Shown here: in pieces, positions 39,564 through 51,865 of the stretch
Layout of the letters: each line of letters begins with the position of its first letter
How positions within the stretch are numbered: position 1 is the stretch's first letter
Assembly: GCA_965655095.1 (NCBI GenBank)
Contig: OZ296649.1
Coordinates: 27,156,001 to 27,220,000, forward strand
Direction: 5' to 3'
From: Haplodiscus bocki
Lineage: Eukaryota
Length of the DNA: 64,000 bases
Notes under the pieces: generated by a model
Told to the model about the DNA's origin: nothing
What the model saw: only the letters and a program-made list of their open reading frames with translations
Database searches by the model: none
Translations under genes and position numbers: made by a program

Positions 39564-39680
39564 TGTGGTTTAGGAGTAGTTGTTATTCAAATAATATTAT
39601 GATTCCTTCAGGTCATAAATTTTGTTCAGTATTCGTGATTCATACCTGCAATACAGAGTTACTAAAGTTCGGTATTTTTA
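39564..39680 (+). repeat. Probable 3' LTR of the gypsy element
   Basis: Begins TG right after the polypurine tract; diverged copy of 35758-35875. Confidence 0.6.
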
Positions 39681-40139
39681 TGGGATTTTCCTTCGAAATA
39701 CGAAAAGCCTATCGAGTTTACTTTCTTCCTTTTTCTCTTTTCCCCTTTGCAAATTTCACGTACTGCAATAAAATGGCGAAAATGTTGCCGGAGTCAAAGG
39801 TGTTTTTCGGAGCCAGCAGAAAAACAATCTGTGTGCCTGTTTTCAGACCTCCCGTGTTTCATTGTCATCTTTCAAGAATAATTTTGCCAGGTAAAGAACG
39901 TTTTTTATTTCGGTTTTCTCCGGAATGAAAGTTAGGTAGTTTAACTGACGCTCCAAGTTCTTTCAATGTTGTAAAAAGTTCGCGTTTTGAATTGATGGAA
40001 GACCAAAAACCGCTCTAAAAGGACGAAACTGCCGAATTTTGAGATCATAGCGGTGGTTCTCGAAGCGGTTGTAAGCCGCGCTTTTAAACGACGAGGCAAA
40101 TTGCCGATTTGTACTAATGGGGATTGCCAGTTTTCAGTC

Positions 40140-41105
40140 TTGCAAAGATGAAAGTTTGTGATGATGAGAGCGTCTTGGTTAATTATTAATAATTATCTTG
40201 TAAAGTAACAATATACCAATAGGATCCCGGTGAAACTGAATTACTATTGCAAAAACTTTTTTATTTAGACTTTTGTGTTGTATATTGTTAGGTTTTTCAA
40301 CGTAGGCCCAAGTACTACATTTTGGAAAGCACTTGTTCTTTTCTGCACTTTTACTGTGCAATTTTCTTATGCATTGCGCAGCAAAATGGCTTGACCTGAA
40401 AAGACATGATTGACATTTCCAACTTTTGATTGAGACTCTGCGACAGGTTCTTGTCTCAATTTGACTGTTTCGAACAAACTTTTGATTGGCAGGTGGTGTT
40501 TTTTCTTAAATTTTCGATCACCTCTTCGATCATGGTTTCAATTGTTTTTGGGATCCGTGATCTCGAGCGTTGAATTAGAATGTGTTGCGAAGTTCCGCTT
40601 CGCCTCGGTGTCGGAAGTTTCCGGGGGCTCATGCAAAGTGGTATGAAGAGAAAAAGTAAGACTATATATTTTCATCCGCTCCTATTGAAAAGGCTGAAAA
40701 GGATATGCCGCAAAAATTGCAACGGTATTCTGTAGTGGGATTTCACTTTTTATTTGTGTTTTGGTAATATACTTGCTACTTATCGATAGTTAGGCCAAGA
40801 TGAGTGTGTAAGCGTAAAAGAGCTCTGACGGTTTCTCAGATGTTGGCAGTAAACAGCTGCGTAGTCTCACCTACAATATATGCGGTTTTATCTCGTTATT
40901 AGAATCGGTGATTTTGAAAAGCCTACAAAACTGGAAACGAGTCAAAACCTCCGATTTTCATTGGTTACGGTTGTCACCTCCGTCAGTCTTTGAAAGATGA
41001 GTGTTCCTGAAGAAAGCGTCTTGATGTAATTATCAAAAATTTCCTTGTAAATTAACATTATACTACTAGAATCCCAAGGAAAATGAATTAAACTGCAAGA
41101 ACCGT
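40140..41105 (+). repeat. Diverged direct duplication (about 40140-40260 vs 40990-41105)
   Basis: aaagatga..agcgtcttg..taattat..cttgtaaa..taaca..atccc..tgaatta..tgcaa shared in the same order. Confidence 0.65.
40375..40610 (+). repeat. Dispersed repeat family, copy 1 (others about 56975-57335 and 61025-61118)
   Basis: Shared gacatgattgacat (copies 1 and 2), cgatcatg(g)tttcaa, and 3' end ttc(c)gcttcg(c/g)ctc. Confidence 0.7.
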
Positions 41106-41799
41106 GTTATATAGACATTTGTATTTTGCAATATTCAGATTTTTCAGGACAGGTACATGAAAATAAATTCCTAATGATTAATAAACTGGTAAAAGTTTGG
41201 GCAAACAAGCTAAGTACAGCTCAGAGTCGGCGAGGCCAACGAGGGTGGGGGGGGGGGGGGGGAACTCGAAATGTTGAATAAACCATCGGGAGGTTCATAA
41301 TTTCTATGTTGAAATTTTTTGTCTCACAGTCCTGAAAAAGTTTGCAAAGAGTAGCCTTTAGTGTTTCACAAAATTTGTCCCGCCCAAACAAAGAGTTTTA
41401 CGAAAAAGTTATCTTACTGAAGACGGTCGACCAAGAAAAAAGTCATTGTTGTAGTCAAACACTTTATCTGAAAAGCGTCGATTGAAGATACCATGATGCG
41501 TAAGTTTCAAATTTGACGTCATACCAACTTGTATATACCTAATTTTTCCTATAAAAAGCAAAAAACCTGAAAATCAATGCCCATAAAAAGACTTGTTAAA
41601 ATATGCGGAAAGGTTCAAAACAAAATGTTCTTTCGTGAATACCCCCGTGCCTATACCAAAACGTTAATCGAAAAGGTGAAAACGATTCATTTTTTTTCGG
41701 AAATTCTGGCTCAAATAAGGTGTTATGAAGAGAAGTCCAAATAAATCAATTTTTAATAGTATATTGGTAATATACTTGCGCAATATCGATAATTAGTCC

Positions 41800-42480
41800 A
41801 AGATGCTCTTCGATTTAATTCTTAGCCCATCAACTGTTTCGATGCCAGGAGAGCAATCAACCTTTTAACCATAAATGAACCTTCTACGAATTAGAGCTGT
41901 TGGTTGCGACCTTGATGGATTAAATCTAACCGATGGCTTCAGAGAGGGATAAATTATCAAGAAAACACAATGAAAGTGGCCCTTTGTGAAGTTTTCGTTC
42001 CATCGCTCTTCTGAAACAACTGAATTCAGAAAAACTCTTTTCAAAAGTTCCACAAAAGGAAGTTGTCCATTGACACTTTGATGGGAGAAACAGAGTGGGT
42101 ATTCTTCGCAGAAGATATTTAAAAATTGAGCACATATAGTGACTAATTGCAGCTTGGCATCTTCGGCCCATGACTGTTCCGATGCTAGCAAAAAACACAT
42201 TGTTAGTGTCGGTTAATCCTAACAACTTTTCAGTTTTTGATTGAGACCTCGATTCGGCATATCCAATCCGAAGTTTTGGAGCAAAAGAAATTTTGGCAAC
42301 ATCCACAAATATTGAAATCAAGTTGCCTTTTTCGGCACTCTTGGACTTCAGGGTTTCGACTATGAATTGATCCCGAAAGAAACTTATGACTAGTTTTTTA
42401 TTCTTTGAGGCTTAAAAAAATCTGGATGGAGAAGATTTTAAGGTTTTCAAGGGAAAGGTCACTTCCTAATATAAGAATTA
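41800..42480 (-). mobile_element. Penelope-like retroelement RT remnant
   Basis: IFVDVAKISF (fDV.sLF), KLLGLTDTNNVFF..IGTVMG (G.aMGs), FLN..YPLCFSHQSVNGQLPFVEL (lN..hp.l.FT.e....lpFLD). Confidence 0.5.
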
Positions 42481-43149
42481 TTTTTAGTAAGAGTTTTCAG
42501 GACTTCGGAGAGCTTCATTTTTACGACAACTTTGTTGTGTTACCGGGTTTTTCACGCGTTCTCGTATGACATTTCGCCCAGTGTGTCCATGAGCTGTTCT
42601 GGGAAACGTCTTTCAAAAATAACCATCATAGTAGCTGTGACGGGAACAAGACAATTACAAGTTTTTTCTTTCCTTTTCAATATCTTTATTCATCAAAGTG
42701 TAAACTACGGGACTTTCTCTATTCCTTTATCCCAATTCACGTTAAGTTGAATAAGGGCTACGGGCCCCTTTGGACCAGCCCAAAGGCTCTGATATTGCGG
42801 AAATTAGAAAACCAGTTTTTTCTCTAATCTACAGGATGTTTTTTATGGTTAACGCTATGAGTGCGAATAGCCGAACTGAGGTTATAAAAAGCTTTTACTT
42901 ATTATCCAAGATCTAATCTGGGCAATTGTTTTAATTTTCTGAGGCCCAAGCAAAATGTAAATGTTCCCACTTGAGGACAACTGTTCTCTAAGACATGCTA
43001 AGAGTGGAAATGGCATTGAAAGTGGCCAAAGGGTTCAATTACTAATGCGGGGCAGCATCAGGTCTAGCGTGAAGCCCTTTTCAGTCAGGGAGTAGTGAGA
43101 ACTTTGAAATTATCGAAGCTTTCAACTAGTGTACTGCAACAAGAGATTA

Positions 43150-44080
43150 TATAACCAGTAGTGGGAGTGGAGAGAAAATTTGAGGTGGGCAAACTTTTCC
43201 AATTCTAATACAGCGTAGTATCCGGGCAATAGTTTATTTTTGCCAAACTGCGGGAACGACGAGAAAAATTTTTTTGAGGTTCTTCCAATTCTGATGCAGG
43301 GGTCAGGGAGAATATGCTAACTTTTTGTAGAAGCCGTTGAGGTTAATATTGCAATCGTTTTCAGATCGGATGAGGGGTTGTATTCGGGGGAAGGTTTGGC
43401 CATATTCAGGCGTTGGGAATGCAGCCATTGAGCATAATGGTGATAAGTTAGGATTATTTGATTCCATGTACAGGTGTTAGAAAACTAGTGGAGGGGCCGA
43501 GCCTATTGGGGTGGTCGAAATTTTACTATTCCAACACGGCGTAGTATCCTAGCAGAGGCTGTGGTTTTACCAAGCTGGCGGTGGAATGGAATAAATATTC
43601 AACATATTTTAGATACTTTCAATTCGGTTGCAGTGGTTAGGTTGCATATGCCAACCAGTGGTAGTGGCAGTGAAGCCAGTTTGCAAAAGTTGGTATCTTG
43701 ATAAAACCATGGTTCTACTCAAGTTGGTCAAGTTTTGTGCGTGAAGGGCATGGAAAACATCTTTATCACAAGTTTAAGATTATTCCAACTTGGTTACAAG
43801 TCCTAGGGCTTATTTGCTAAGTGGGAGTGGCCAGTGAAGGAAGAATGTGAAGTTGTTTTTAATTCTAATGCTGGGTGCTCCCCGGATAAGGTTGTGGCCA
43901 TTCCCATGTGGAAATGAATGAAGTAAGAAAATTTCCTGTAAACATTGAGTTGTTCCAACCTTCGCACTGCAGTCAGAGAGTCAGTAACTGGTAGTAGGAG
44001 TGGCCAGTAAAGTTGAATTGGGGGGTTATTTTCCAATCTTAATAGGGGCTGGTAACCGGGCAAGGTTGTGGACTTATTCG
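43150..44080. repeat. Diverged tandem array, about 6 units of 165-175 bp
   Basis: Recurring gtagtgggagtgg/gtggccagt..ttccaa..ccggg/ggttgtgg blocks at about 43158, 43327, 43488, 43660, 43820, 43990. Confidence 0.55.
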
Positions 44081-45099
44081 GGCTTTGGAAATGCGGAAAA
44101 GTAACCTTTTTTTTGAAGAAGTGAAAATATTGCATCTTAGGTCCGGCGCTCAGGAAGAAGTACCTCGCAGTCAGACTGGCTTGCAAATTTGAACGAAAAC
44201 TTTCACTGATAATCTGATGTACTATCCGGATGCAGGCATCCTATCCATGTGGTCACTCTCAAGTGGTGAATGTTTTTTACGAAATTGTTGTTGAGATTGG
44301 AAAATTTCTGAGAACGGCGGATCTCCGCGCAAACGGATCTCTTGACGCAAAAATCCTTGAAAGGGTTATCTTAAAAGATTCTGAAGTCCAATGCGGCTTG
44401 TTTGGCTATTTTTTGGTTTTGGGAAAATCGAATTTTTCCTATTTCTTTCCCGAAGTATATATAAAAAGGACCAGGTTGCTTCGGTGAAGTGGAAAAGAGG
44501 AATTGTTCAAAAAATTTAACCCGTTCGTCAAAAAATCTTATAAGTGAGTTTTTTTAGATTTTGAAAGGAATTTTCAAAAATTGGCTGTGTACACTTGGAG
44601 GCGTTCACAATTTACTGACTGAAGAATTACACGTAGTAGATGTATCCAACTGCAGTGAGCCGAACAACTGCATTACAACTGAAGTTACATTTTAGAAGAG
44701 GTTTTACAATTGTTTACTAGGTGTCTGAAAAATGTCACGGGGTGTCCCTATTTTCTCGAATACCTCCGGTCTCCGTAACAAAAACTCTTCATAGTGGATG
44801 AAGCGGATAATGGGAAACCAATCGATCATCAAAGACGGCGAGATCGCGCAAATCTGAGAAAAAAAACTTCCCTCTTCACCGCTGAAAGTACTGATGCTAA
44901 CGAGATGTTCGGAAATTTACGACTCCTTTCCCAATTTGCTGGAAGATGAAGGATGGATGAGAAGAGACACTGTGGAACAACAGAGTTTTTTTTGTCATTT
45001 TCTTATGGCCTATTGAAAATTCTTGTAATAAACTCTGGAACATTCTGAATCCAAACCAAGGTGGCTACTCAGAACAAAATGTTCACACGCTTCTTTCAA

Positions 45100-46130
45100 C
45101 TTCTCCTTTTTTAAATCATGATTTTTCTTTCGCGTCTTGTAATAACAAGTTTTCACGTGGTTTCCGTACGAATTTCTGCGGCACTGTGAGCTGAAACAAG
45201 TCTGGGGAAATTAATCATAATTACCCTTTCATGCTTTTTCGAGAAAAAGATGACCCGGATAATGGGGAGCGCCGACGTTACCTTTTTAGTTTTGGGCTTG
45301 AAGCTGCTGAGCCGCTTGTGTTCTTATTTTTGCTTCTATGTAATTCCAAGGCGAAATAAACGCGAGAGTTTACTATCACGCATTAATCTCAAAATTGTCC
45401 GGAATACTTGGTAACTTTCTTTGGTATCGAAGACCAAGGTATTTGATTTTATTGGGAAGACATTGATTGACCTTTCAGACACTTGTAGCTTGTAAAATTT
45501 GGCAAGATTCTAAAAATCATCTGACTGCCTTTGTTCAGCTGTCTGCATTTACAATTACCACTGATGTTTTATAGTGCATTTATGATTTTTTTTCAAAAAT
45601 GGACTATTTTTCGTTTTATTAACTGTTCGCTCATCTGCCTTCCACCACGCTTTTCCAGCTACTTATCTTTACTAATTCGATACAAAAGTTTAACTTTTCA
45701 GATTATCACTGATTTTTGAAAAACGTTCAGAAAAGTTTTCTTGCTCCAAAGAAGTCAATGTTAGCTTGCTTTGCAGTTTTCAGTGAGATTTGGCGCCTTT
45801 GGCTTCCAATCTGCCTTTTAGCTAGTAGCCTATACTGGACCGATATGTGCTTCGAAATTCAAGTATTTTTTCAAAATTTTGTTTGAGAAGTCTTTTCATT
45901 TTTAGAAGGGAGGCAAAAATAGCTCATCAATGTCGCCACTTCTGGAGATTTAAGCTTTGATCGTCAAATCGGCGTTTTAACTCTGAATCGATATGCATTT
46001 AATATTTCCAGCAAACTTCACGGATTTCTGATGGTTTTGCGGCAAGTCTTTATGTAATTTGAAGTAGGCAAATGAAGCAACTTAATAATGCAACGTTTCG
46101 AGGATTTTGACCTTCATGTTATCTTTGCAA
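45100..46130 (-). mobile_element. Decayed REL-endonuclease non-LTR element 3' part, abutting copia B
   Basis: IPDNF...AFISPWNYIEAK (PD..D/E-like), then KTKKVTSALPII. Confidence 0.3.
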
Positions 46131-46134
46131 CTAC

Positions 46135-46233
46135 TGAAAAAACATACGTATATAAAACGTTTATTACACAAACCCCCCTGAAGCAACACATACAATTAAT
46201 CAATTAGCACCTGTCAGAGTGAGTGGATTAACA
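46135..46233 (-). repeat. 3' LTR of copia B (99 bp; CCA(C)TCA and AATAAA on the element strand)
   Basis: Direct repeat of 51767-51865. Confidence 0.95.
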
Positions 46234-49200
46234 CTCGTATTTTTTCAATTTTGACTCCTAAATATGGAATCAATTTAGAGGTCGATACAGAACGAATAGA
46301 CCAACGGTAATGAGTTCGCCGGTCTGTAGCATCGATTAGAGTTCTGTGAAAACATAGGCGTGGCATTTTAATGAATACTTTACCAGAAACGAATGTTCGG
46401 CGATATATGTTCGCCGTGCGTGAGCGGGCAGGATATAGCGTAGCTTTTGGAAATATAATGAATACATTAACAGAAGCATCATGATAAATCGAATGCACAA
46501 GGATTGTGCGCATGGTGTATTCAGCAAAATTAAACATCAAATTTACAAAAAACACTTCAATAAAAGCGTAAATTAATTACGAATGAAGATAGCGGAAAGG
46601 CTGTTAGTTTGTAGGACTGTAGGCAGCAAATCAGACAGGACTGCTCGATTTCGTGAGGCAATCAGCAACCTGCCTTTTCGTTTCTATCCATTTTAAACCA
46701 GATAAACATCCGTTTGAAAGCATATTTCGCAAGAAACCAATATCGACTCTGAGATTCATCCGAAATCGAATTGTTGGAATAGGCTGATTCTACAATAGAT
46801 CTTTTATCCGTGTAGCACACGATAGATATCTCGATCCCTGATATTTCTTGCAGTATATTTCTGCAAAATTCAACGGTTTCCAGGTATTCAACTAATGAAA
46901 AGCATTCTGCAGCCTAAGTACTGCGTGCAACACGTCGTAATTTTGAACTTTTCCCAGCTAAAACGGCAGATTTGTTTGTATTCGTTTCTGAATTGAAAAT
47001 AATGAATCCAGCGTGAGTATAACCGTCAAAATTATTGTTGAATGATGCGTCAGAGAAACAAACGAGCTCAGTTTTCGATAATTGATCAAAATTCGGATGT
47101 CGCAGGGTAGTCGGTGGCCCTGAATTCACATGGCGAACCAGTTTGTTTGCCGACAGGGCTACAGAAACAGTCGCCTTGTGTGTTAGAGAGGCCACTTCGG
47201 AAAGTTTGTGGCAGATATCGGGCCTGGATTGTTTCGCCGACCATAACGTTCCAATTATGCCACTTAGTGCAGTAACTTCTTCTCCACTCAGATTTCGCTG
47301 CTTGTTTGATGTGTCAGCGATTAGCATCTCCTGAAGACCAGCGCGATAAGAATCCCTATCTAAGCATAAACCAGATCCAGAGTTGGGCAAATTCACAACC
47401 AAACCAAGATATTTCTGAGGAATTTCGATAATCGATCCAAGCGTGAAAACGGTTTGAATTTTCTCAATAACATCTTTGACGAACGAGTCGTGTCCACCAA
47501 TCCAGAAATCGTCCACGTGCGTCAAAATAACGCCAGGTAAGTCATTTCTCGTGTTAAAAAAATGCATGGGTCGTATTTAGATTGTGATAAACCAAAATTG
47601 TTGAATTCTGCAATAACTCTCTCGTGCCATAATCTTGAAGCATCATTCAGTCCGTATACACATTTTCGTAGCTTCCACAGGTTTGACTTTTTGTACGGTT
47701 TTGGTGGCTCTAGGTAGACGTATCGCTTTAACGCGAAACCTTGTAAAAACGCCGTTTTTACGTCAACAGCACTGCAACGCCAGCTTTCATGTGAGGCTAC
47801 GATTGTGAGAACTGCGCGCAATCCTTCTTTCGAATTTGTTGGCGAGTGTTTAACCACTGTATTGTACTCCGCGGCCTCAAATCCTCGAGCAACAATCCTG
47901 GCCTTTTTTGACCAGAATGTTTTGTAGTATAGACCCATCGTGTTGTAATTCTTGGTTGACCAACGTCTTCAACGATATCAAAAAAGCTTCAAGTTTTTCC
48001 AGCTCTTCAGTTCTGCTTCACCAGCGTCTGCAAACTCATCCGCAACACTCATTGTGGCCAAAGTTGACTCCGACAACGCATTTTCGTCGTATCTCCGGTT
48101 GAGATCTCCTGGTGTGAAGTTAACACACTCGTTGGCATAAGTCGGGTCGTCATACTGGACGTTATAGTGGAATTTGTTTTTCCCATCGGCCTAACCAGCT
48201 CTACTAATGATTTCAGCGCCAAATTCCTCGCCAGTAGAACTCAGAATTTTCACTCGATCTCTGCGTTTTGGCTTCCTAGAACTGGTAAGAGGCGCCAGGG
48301 AAGGCTGTACCTCGGGTTTAGTTTCACCTGAGAAGTCCTAACAGCCTCAACTTCTGACATATTCTGCACATCCTGTTCCCCTGTGTCCGTAGTTGACGAG
48401 TCATCCAAATCGTCAACCGGAATTGGATTCAGTGGTGATGGTGCTTCTTGGGACGTATTTCCTGTGGTAACTAATTTCGAGTCTGCTAAATTAGAAACTC
48501 CTCTGTCGTTGTGACGATGACGCTGCTTGCTTTCATGCACTTTAAGGACGTGACTTCCATTTCTAACAAAGACCACCGAGGACTCGCTGCAAAGCCTTGA
48601 GATTGTCAGGAAGTGAGCCTCCGGACTCTCCAAAGCGGGCAACTTGTCGTCTACCACACATGGCCGTATACTAGCTGGAAAGGAGAGTAGCCCAAATGAG
48701 ACGCGACAGTTTTTGGCAAACGCGGCAGCTTGAATACATTGCTCATCATCGGAAGATTTCAAGTCAGATTTCACCTTTTGGAATGTCTCCGTCAAAATCA
48801 TATTATGCTTTTGACAACATCCATTTGAGAAGGGGCTGTTAGCAGCCGTCCAATACACTTTAATGTTGAAAAATTCAGCATTTTGTCTGAACAATTCACT
48901 GTCAAACTCCCCTCCCTTGTCCGTAAGAATCTTCTTTGGGGCAGCATGCGCGAAAATCCACTTTCGATTCAATACACCAATAACTGTAGAAGACATTTTG
49001 TTCGAGATCATTCAGCGTCGGAAAACCTGGTGTAGATATCAATAATATGAACATACCAATTGGGTGGATTACTCGTAATTTGGTGGAGATCCAATGATTT
49101 GGTTTCGTTGAAAGATTCGGAGTGGGGCAGTGACACGATCGGTTTTCTACTGGGCTGGTCAAACTTTTCGCATACTTGACACGCGTTCACAATTTTTTCT

Positions 49201-51766
49201 GTGTCGCTCATTTTCCAGTTTCCTAGTTTCCTTGCACTTCTTACCAGCCCTCCTAGACGTTCTGGACGACAGTGTCCCAACTGACGATGAAGTTTCATTA
49301 GAGACTTCTCGTTGAGAACTTCTGCTGTAATCAGTTGTAGCGAATCTGTAGGAGAATTCCGCGGAAAACTCTCTACAGCAAAGTGACCACTAGCTGGTTC
49401 TTCTAGATAAATCGGAGCAGATTCCGGAATTATCATCATGTGCTTGTCGACATCAATGATTTCACGCGTTTTCTTCAGCAAGTCGCGCAACAGTTCTTCA
49501 GCAACAGTTCAAGTCGCCAAAACAGGTTGGAATACTGACTCTCTGCAGAGACTTGGACATTGTACCTCCTCCAAACATAATCTTCGCCCCAGTTTCGTGT
49601 TTTTGAACCAGCTGTCTCTGTTCATCTGTTAGAGAAGACACGTAATTGTTTATCCAGTTATGGCCGTACAGCGTTGTGGTACATGCGGTGTCTACAATAG
49701 CCTTCCCAAATGTGTTCGCAAGGACAGACGGAGCCAAACTGGCAACACTAAGAAAAGCGTCTTGTGTATTTTCGCCTGGCCTATCTGGGCAGTCTCGAGC
49801 CCAGCGGTTTCTACTTCCGCAATATCGGTATGTAGTGACTTGCCCTTGGTTATCTTTTGGGTTTTCTCATATAGCTCATCATCGGAAGATTTCAAGTCAG
49901 ATTTCACTTTTTGGCATGTCTACGTCAAAATCCTATTATGCGTTTCACAACCTCCATTTGATAAGGGGTTTTGATTAGCCGTCGAAGACACTTTAATATT
50001 GAAAAATTCAGCCTTCTCTCTGAACGCTTCACTGTAAAACTACCCTCCATTGTCCGTAAGAATCTTCTTTGGGGCATGATGCGCGAAAATCCACTTTCGA
50101 CTCAATACATCACTAATTGTAGAAGACATTTTGTTCGAGATCTTCTCAGCCTCTGAAAACCTGGTGTACATATCAATAATATGAACATACCATTGGGGTG
50201 GATTACTCGAGTTTTGAAAGAGATCCAATTATATGGTTTCGTTGAAAGATTCGGAGTGGGGCAATGACACGATCGGTTTCCTACTGGGCTGGCCAAACTT
50301 TTCGCATACTTGACACGGATTCTTAATTTTTTCTAGGTTCATTTTCCAGTTTTCTAGTTTCCCTGCTCTTCTTAGCAGCCCTCCTAGACGTTCTGGACGA
50401 CAGTGTCCAAACTGACGATGAAGTTTCATTAGAGACGTCTCGTTGAGAACTTCCGCTGTAATATTTTTGTTGCGAATCTGTAGGAGAATTTCGCGGAAAA
50501 ATCTCTACAGCAAAGTGACCACTAGGCAGTTCTTCTAGATCAATCGTTGCAGATTCGGGAATTTTCATCATGTGCTTGTGGACATCAATCATTGCACGCG
50601 TTTTCTTCAGCGATTTAACGCTCAAGAGCAGTGGAAGATTACCCGGAGTAAGTTCAACATTCAAATAACAGTTCAAGTCGCCAAAGCAGGTGGGAATACT
50701 GACTCTCTGCAGAGACTTGGACATTGCACCTCCTCCAAACATAATCTTCGCCCCAGTTTCGTGTTTTTGAACCAGCTGTCTCTGTTCATCTGTTAGAGCA
50801 GAAACGCATTTTGTTATCCAATTACGGTCGCACACCGTTGTGGTACATGCGGTGTCTACAATAGCCTTCCCAAATGTGTTCGCAAGGACAGACGGAGCCA
50901 ATTTGACAAAACTAAGAAAAGCGTCTTGTGTATTTTCGCTTGGCCTATGAGGGCAGTCTCGAGCGCAATGGTTTCTACTTTCGCAAATTCGGCATGTAGT
51001 GACATAGCCTTGGTTATCTTTCGATTTTTTTCCTTCAGATTTGAACTTCTTGCCATGATTAGAATCACCTCTTTGAGCGTAATGATTTTGGAACCTCTTG
51101 CGGGAAAAACTCAGTCTATACTTCTGAATGCGCCCATAGAATGCTTCTCCAGATGAGGACTCTTCATCGGAGTTTTTGGCATCCAGGGTCTTGAAAATGG
51201 TTCTTCCTTGACATCTGCAGCAGTCTGTGCTAGCGCGTCGCAAAATATCCGTTTGAGCGTTCCTCTCATGTCTGACACTTTCAGAGTTTTTGTGGTTGCC
51301 AAAACCATCTGACGTTCAGATGTCTGCAAACAAGCCCCATGTAACAACTTACATGCTTGAACAGAATCTGATAGCTTCATTTCCAGCTTTTCAATTTTCT
51401 GGTAAGCAGTTTCAGATTCCAAAATATAGTCAGCATTAGATGAAGCAGGTTGCCTTTTCGGTTCTTCAAACTTCACGTATGCCTCATACGCACTGTCAAC
51501 GGTGTCTTTAGCAAAATACTCTTCTAGCTTTGCAAATAGCCTCGTAACGCCATCCTCATGGTTCAGATCACCAATCGGAATCTGCTTGGCAACCTCTCGC
51601 TTCCTGCATTGCAGTGTCAACATAATAGTTGGCGCACGTTTTTTGACTTGAATGTCAGTGATAACGAGCCACATTTCATTTTCGGCTTTCCAGCTCTCGG
51701 CGCTCTTGTCATCGGACCATATTGGCTGGTTTTTTTTCGAAATTGTAACTGACATTTCTGCTACCA

Positions 51767-51865
51767 TGAAAAATGATACATATATAAAACGCCTATCACA
51801 GAAACCCCCCTGAAACCACACATACAATTAATCAATTAGCACCTGTCAAAGTGATTGGATTAACA
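51767..51865 (-). repeat. 5' LTR of copia B (99 bp)
   Basis: TG..CA, followed by the PBS. Confidence 0.95.

Larger units (their letters stand above)
35758..39680 (+). mobile_element. Old Ty3/gypsy (Mag-like) LTR retrotransposon, degenerate
   Basis: gag RVQNFVESIDDLVVALRRLARTCEF; protease KVKFIVVSAAKASIL; RH KPLALFNPLVDTIVTC; INT IPESVRGKALARAHERFFGIVRSK..WP, FSRFGIPELITCD, SPRSNGLVEKFN; INT lies after RT/RH; PPT aagatagagggga before the TG at 39564. Confidence 0.85.
46135..51865 (-). mobile_element. Ty1/copia LTR retrotransposon, GalEa-like, copy B (defective, with internal duplication of about 1.1 kb)
   Basis: 99-bp LTRs 46135-46233 and 51767-51865; TSD ACTAC/GCTAC (4 of 5); PBS TGGTAGCAGA; same motifs as copy A; PR-HHCC-INT region present twice. 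Confidence 0.95.

Noticed and set aside
41246-41262. Poly-G tract as a functional G-quadruplex
   Set aside because: Simple homopolymer within repeat DNA; length unreliable and no supporting context
46214-46555. 113-aa ORF between copia pol and the 3' LTR as an env-like gene
   Set aside because: Non-ATG start, truncated by a stop in copy A, no clear signal peptide/TM layout
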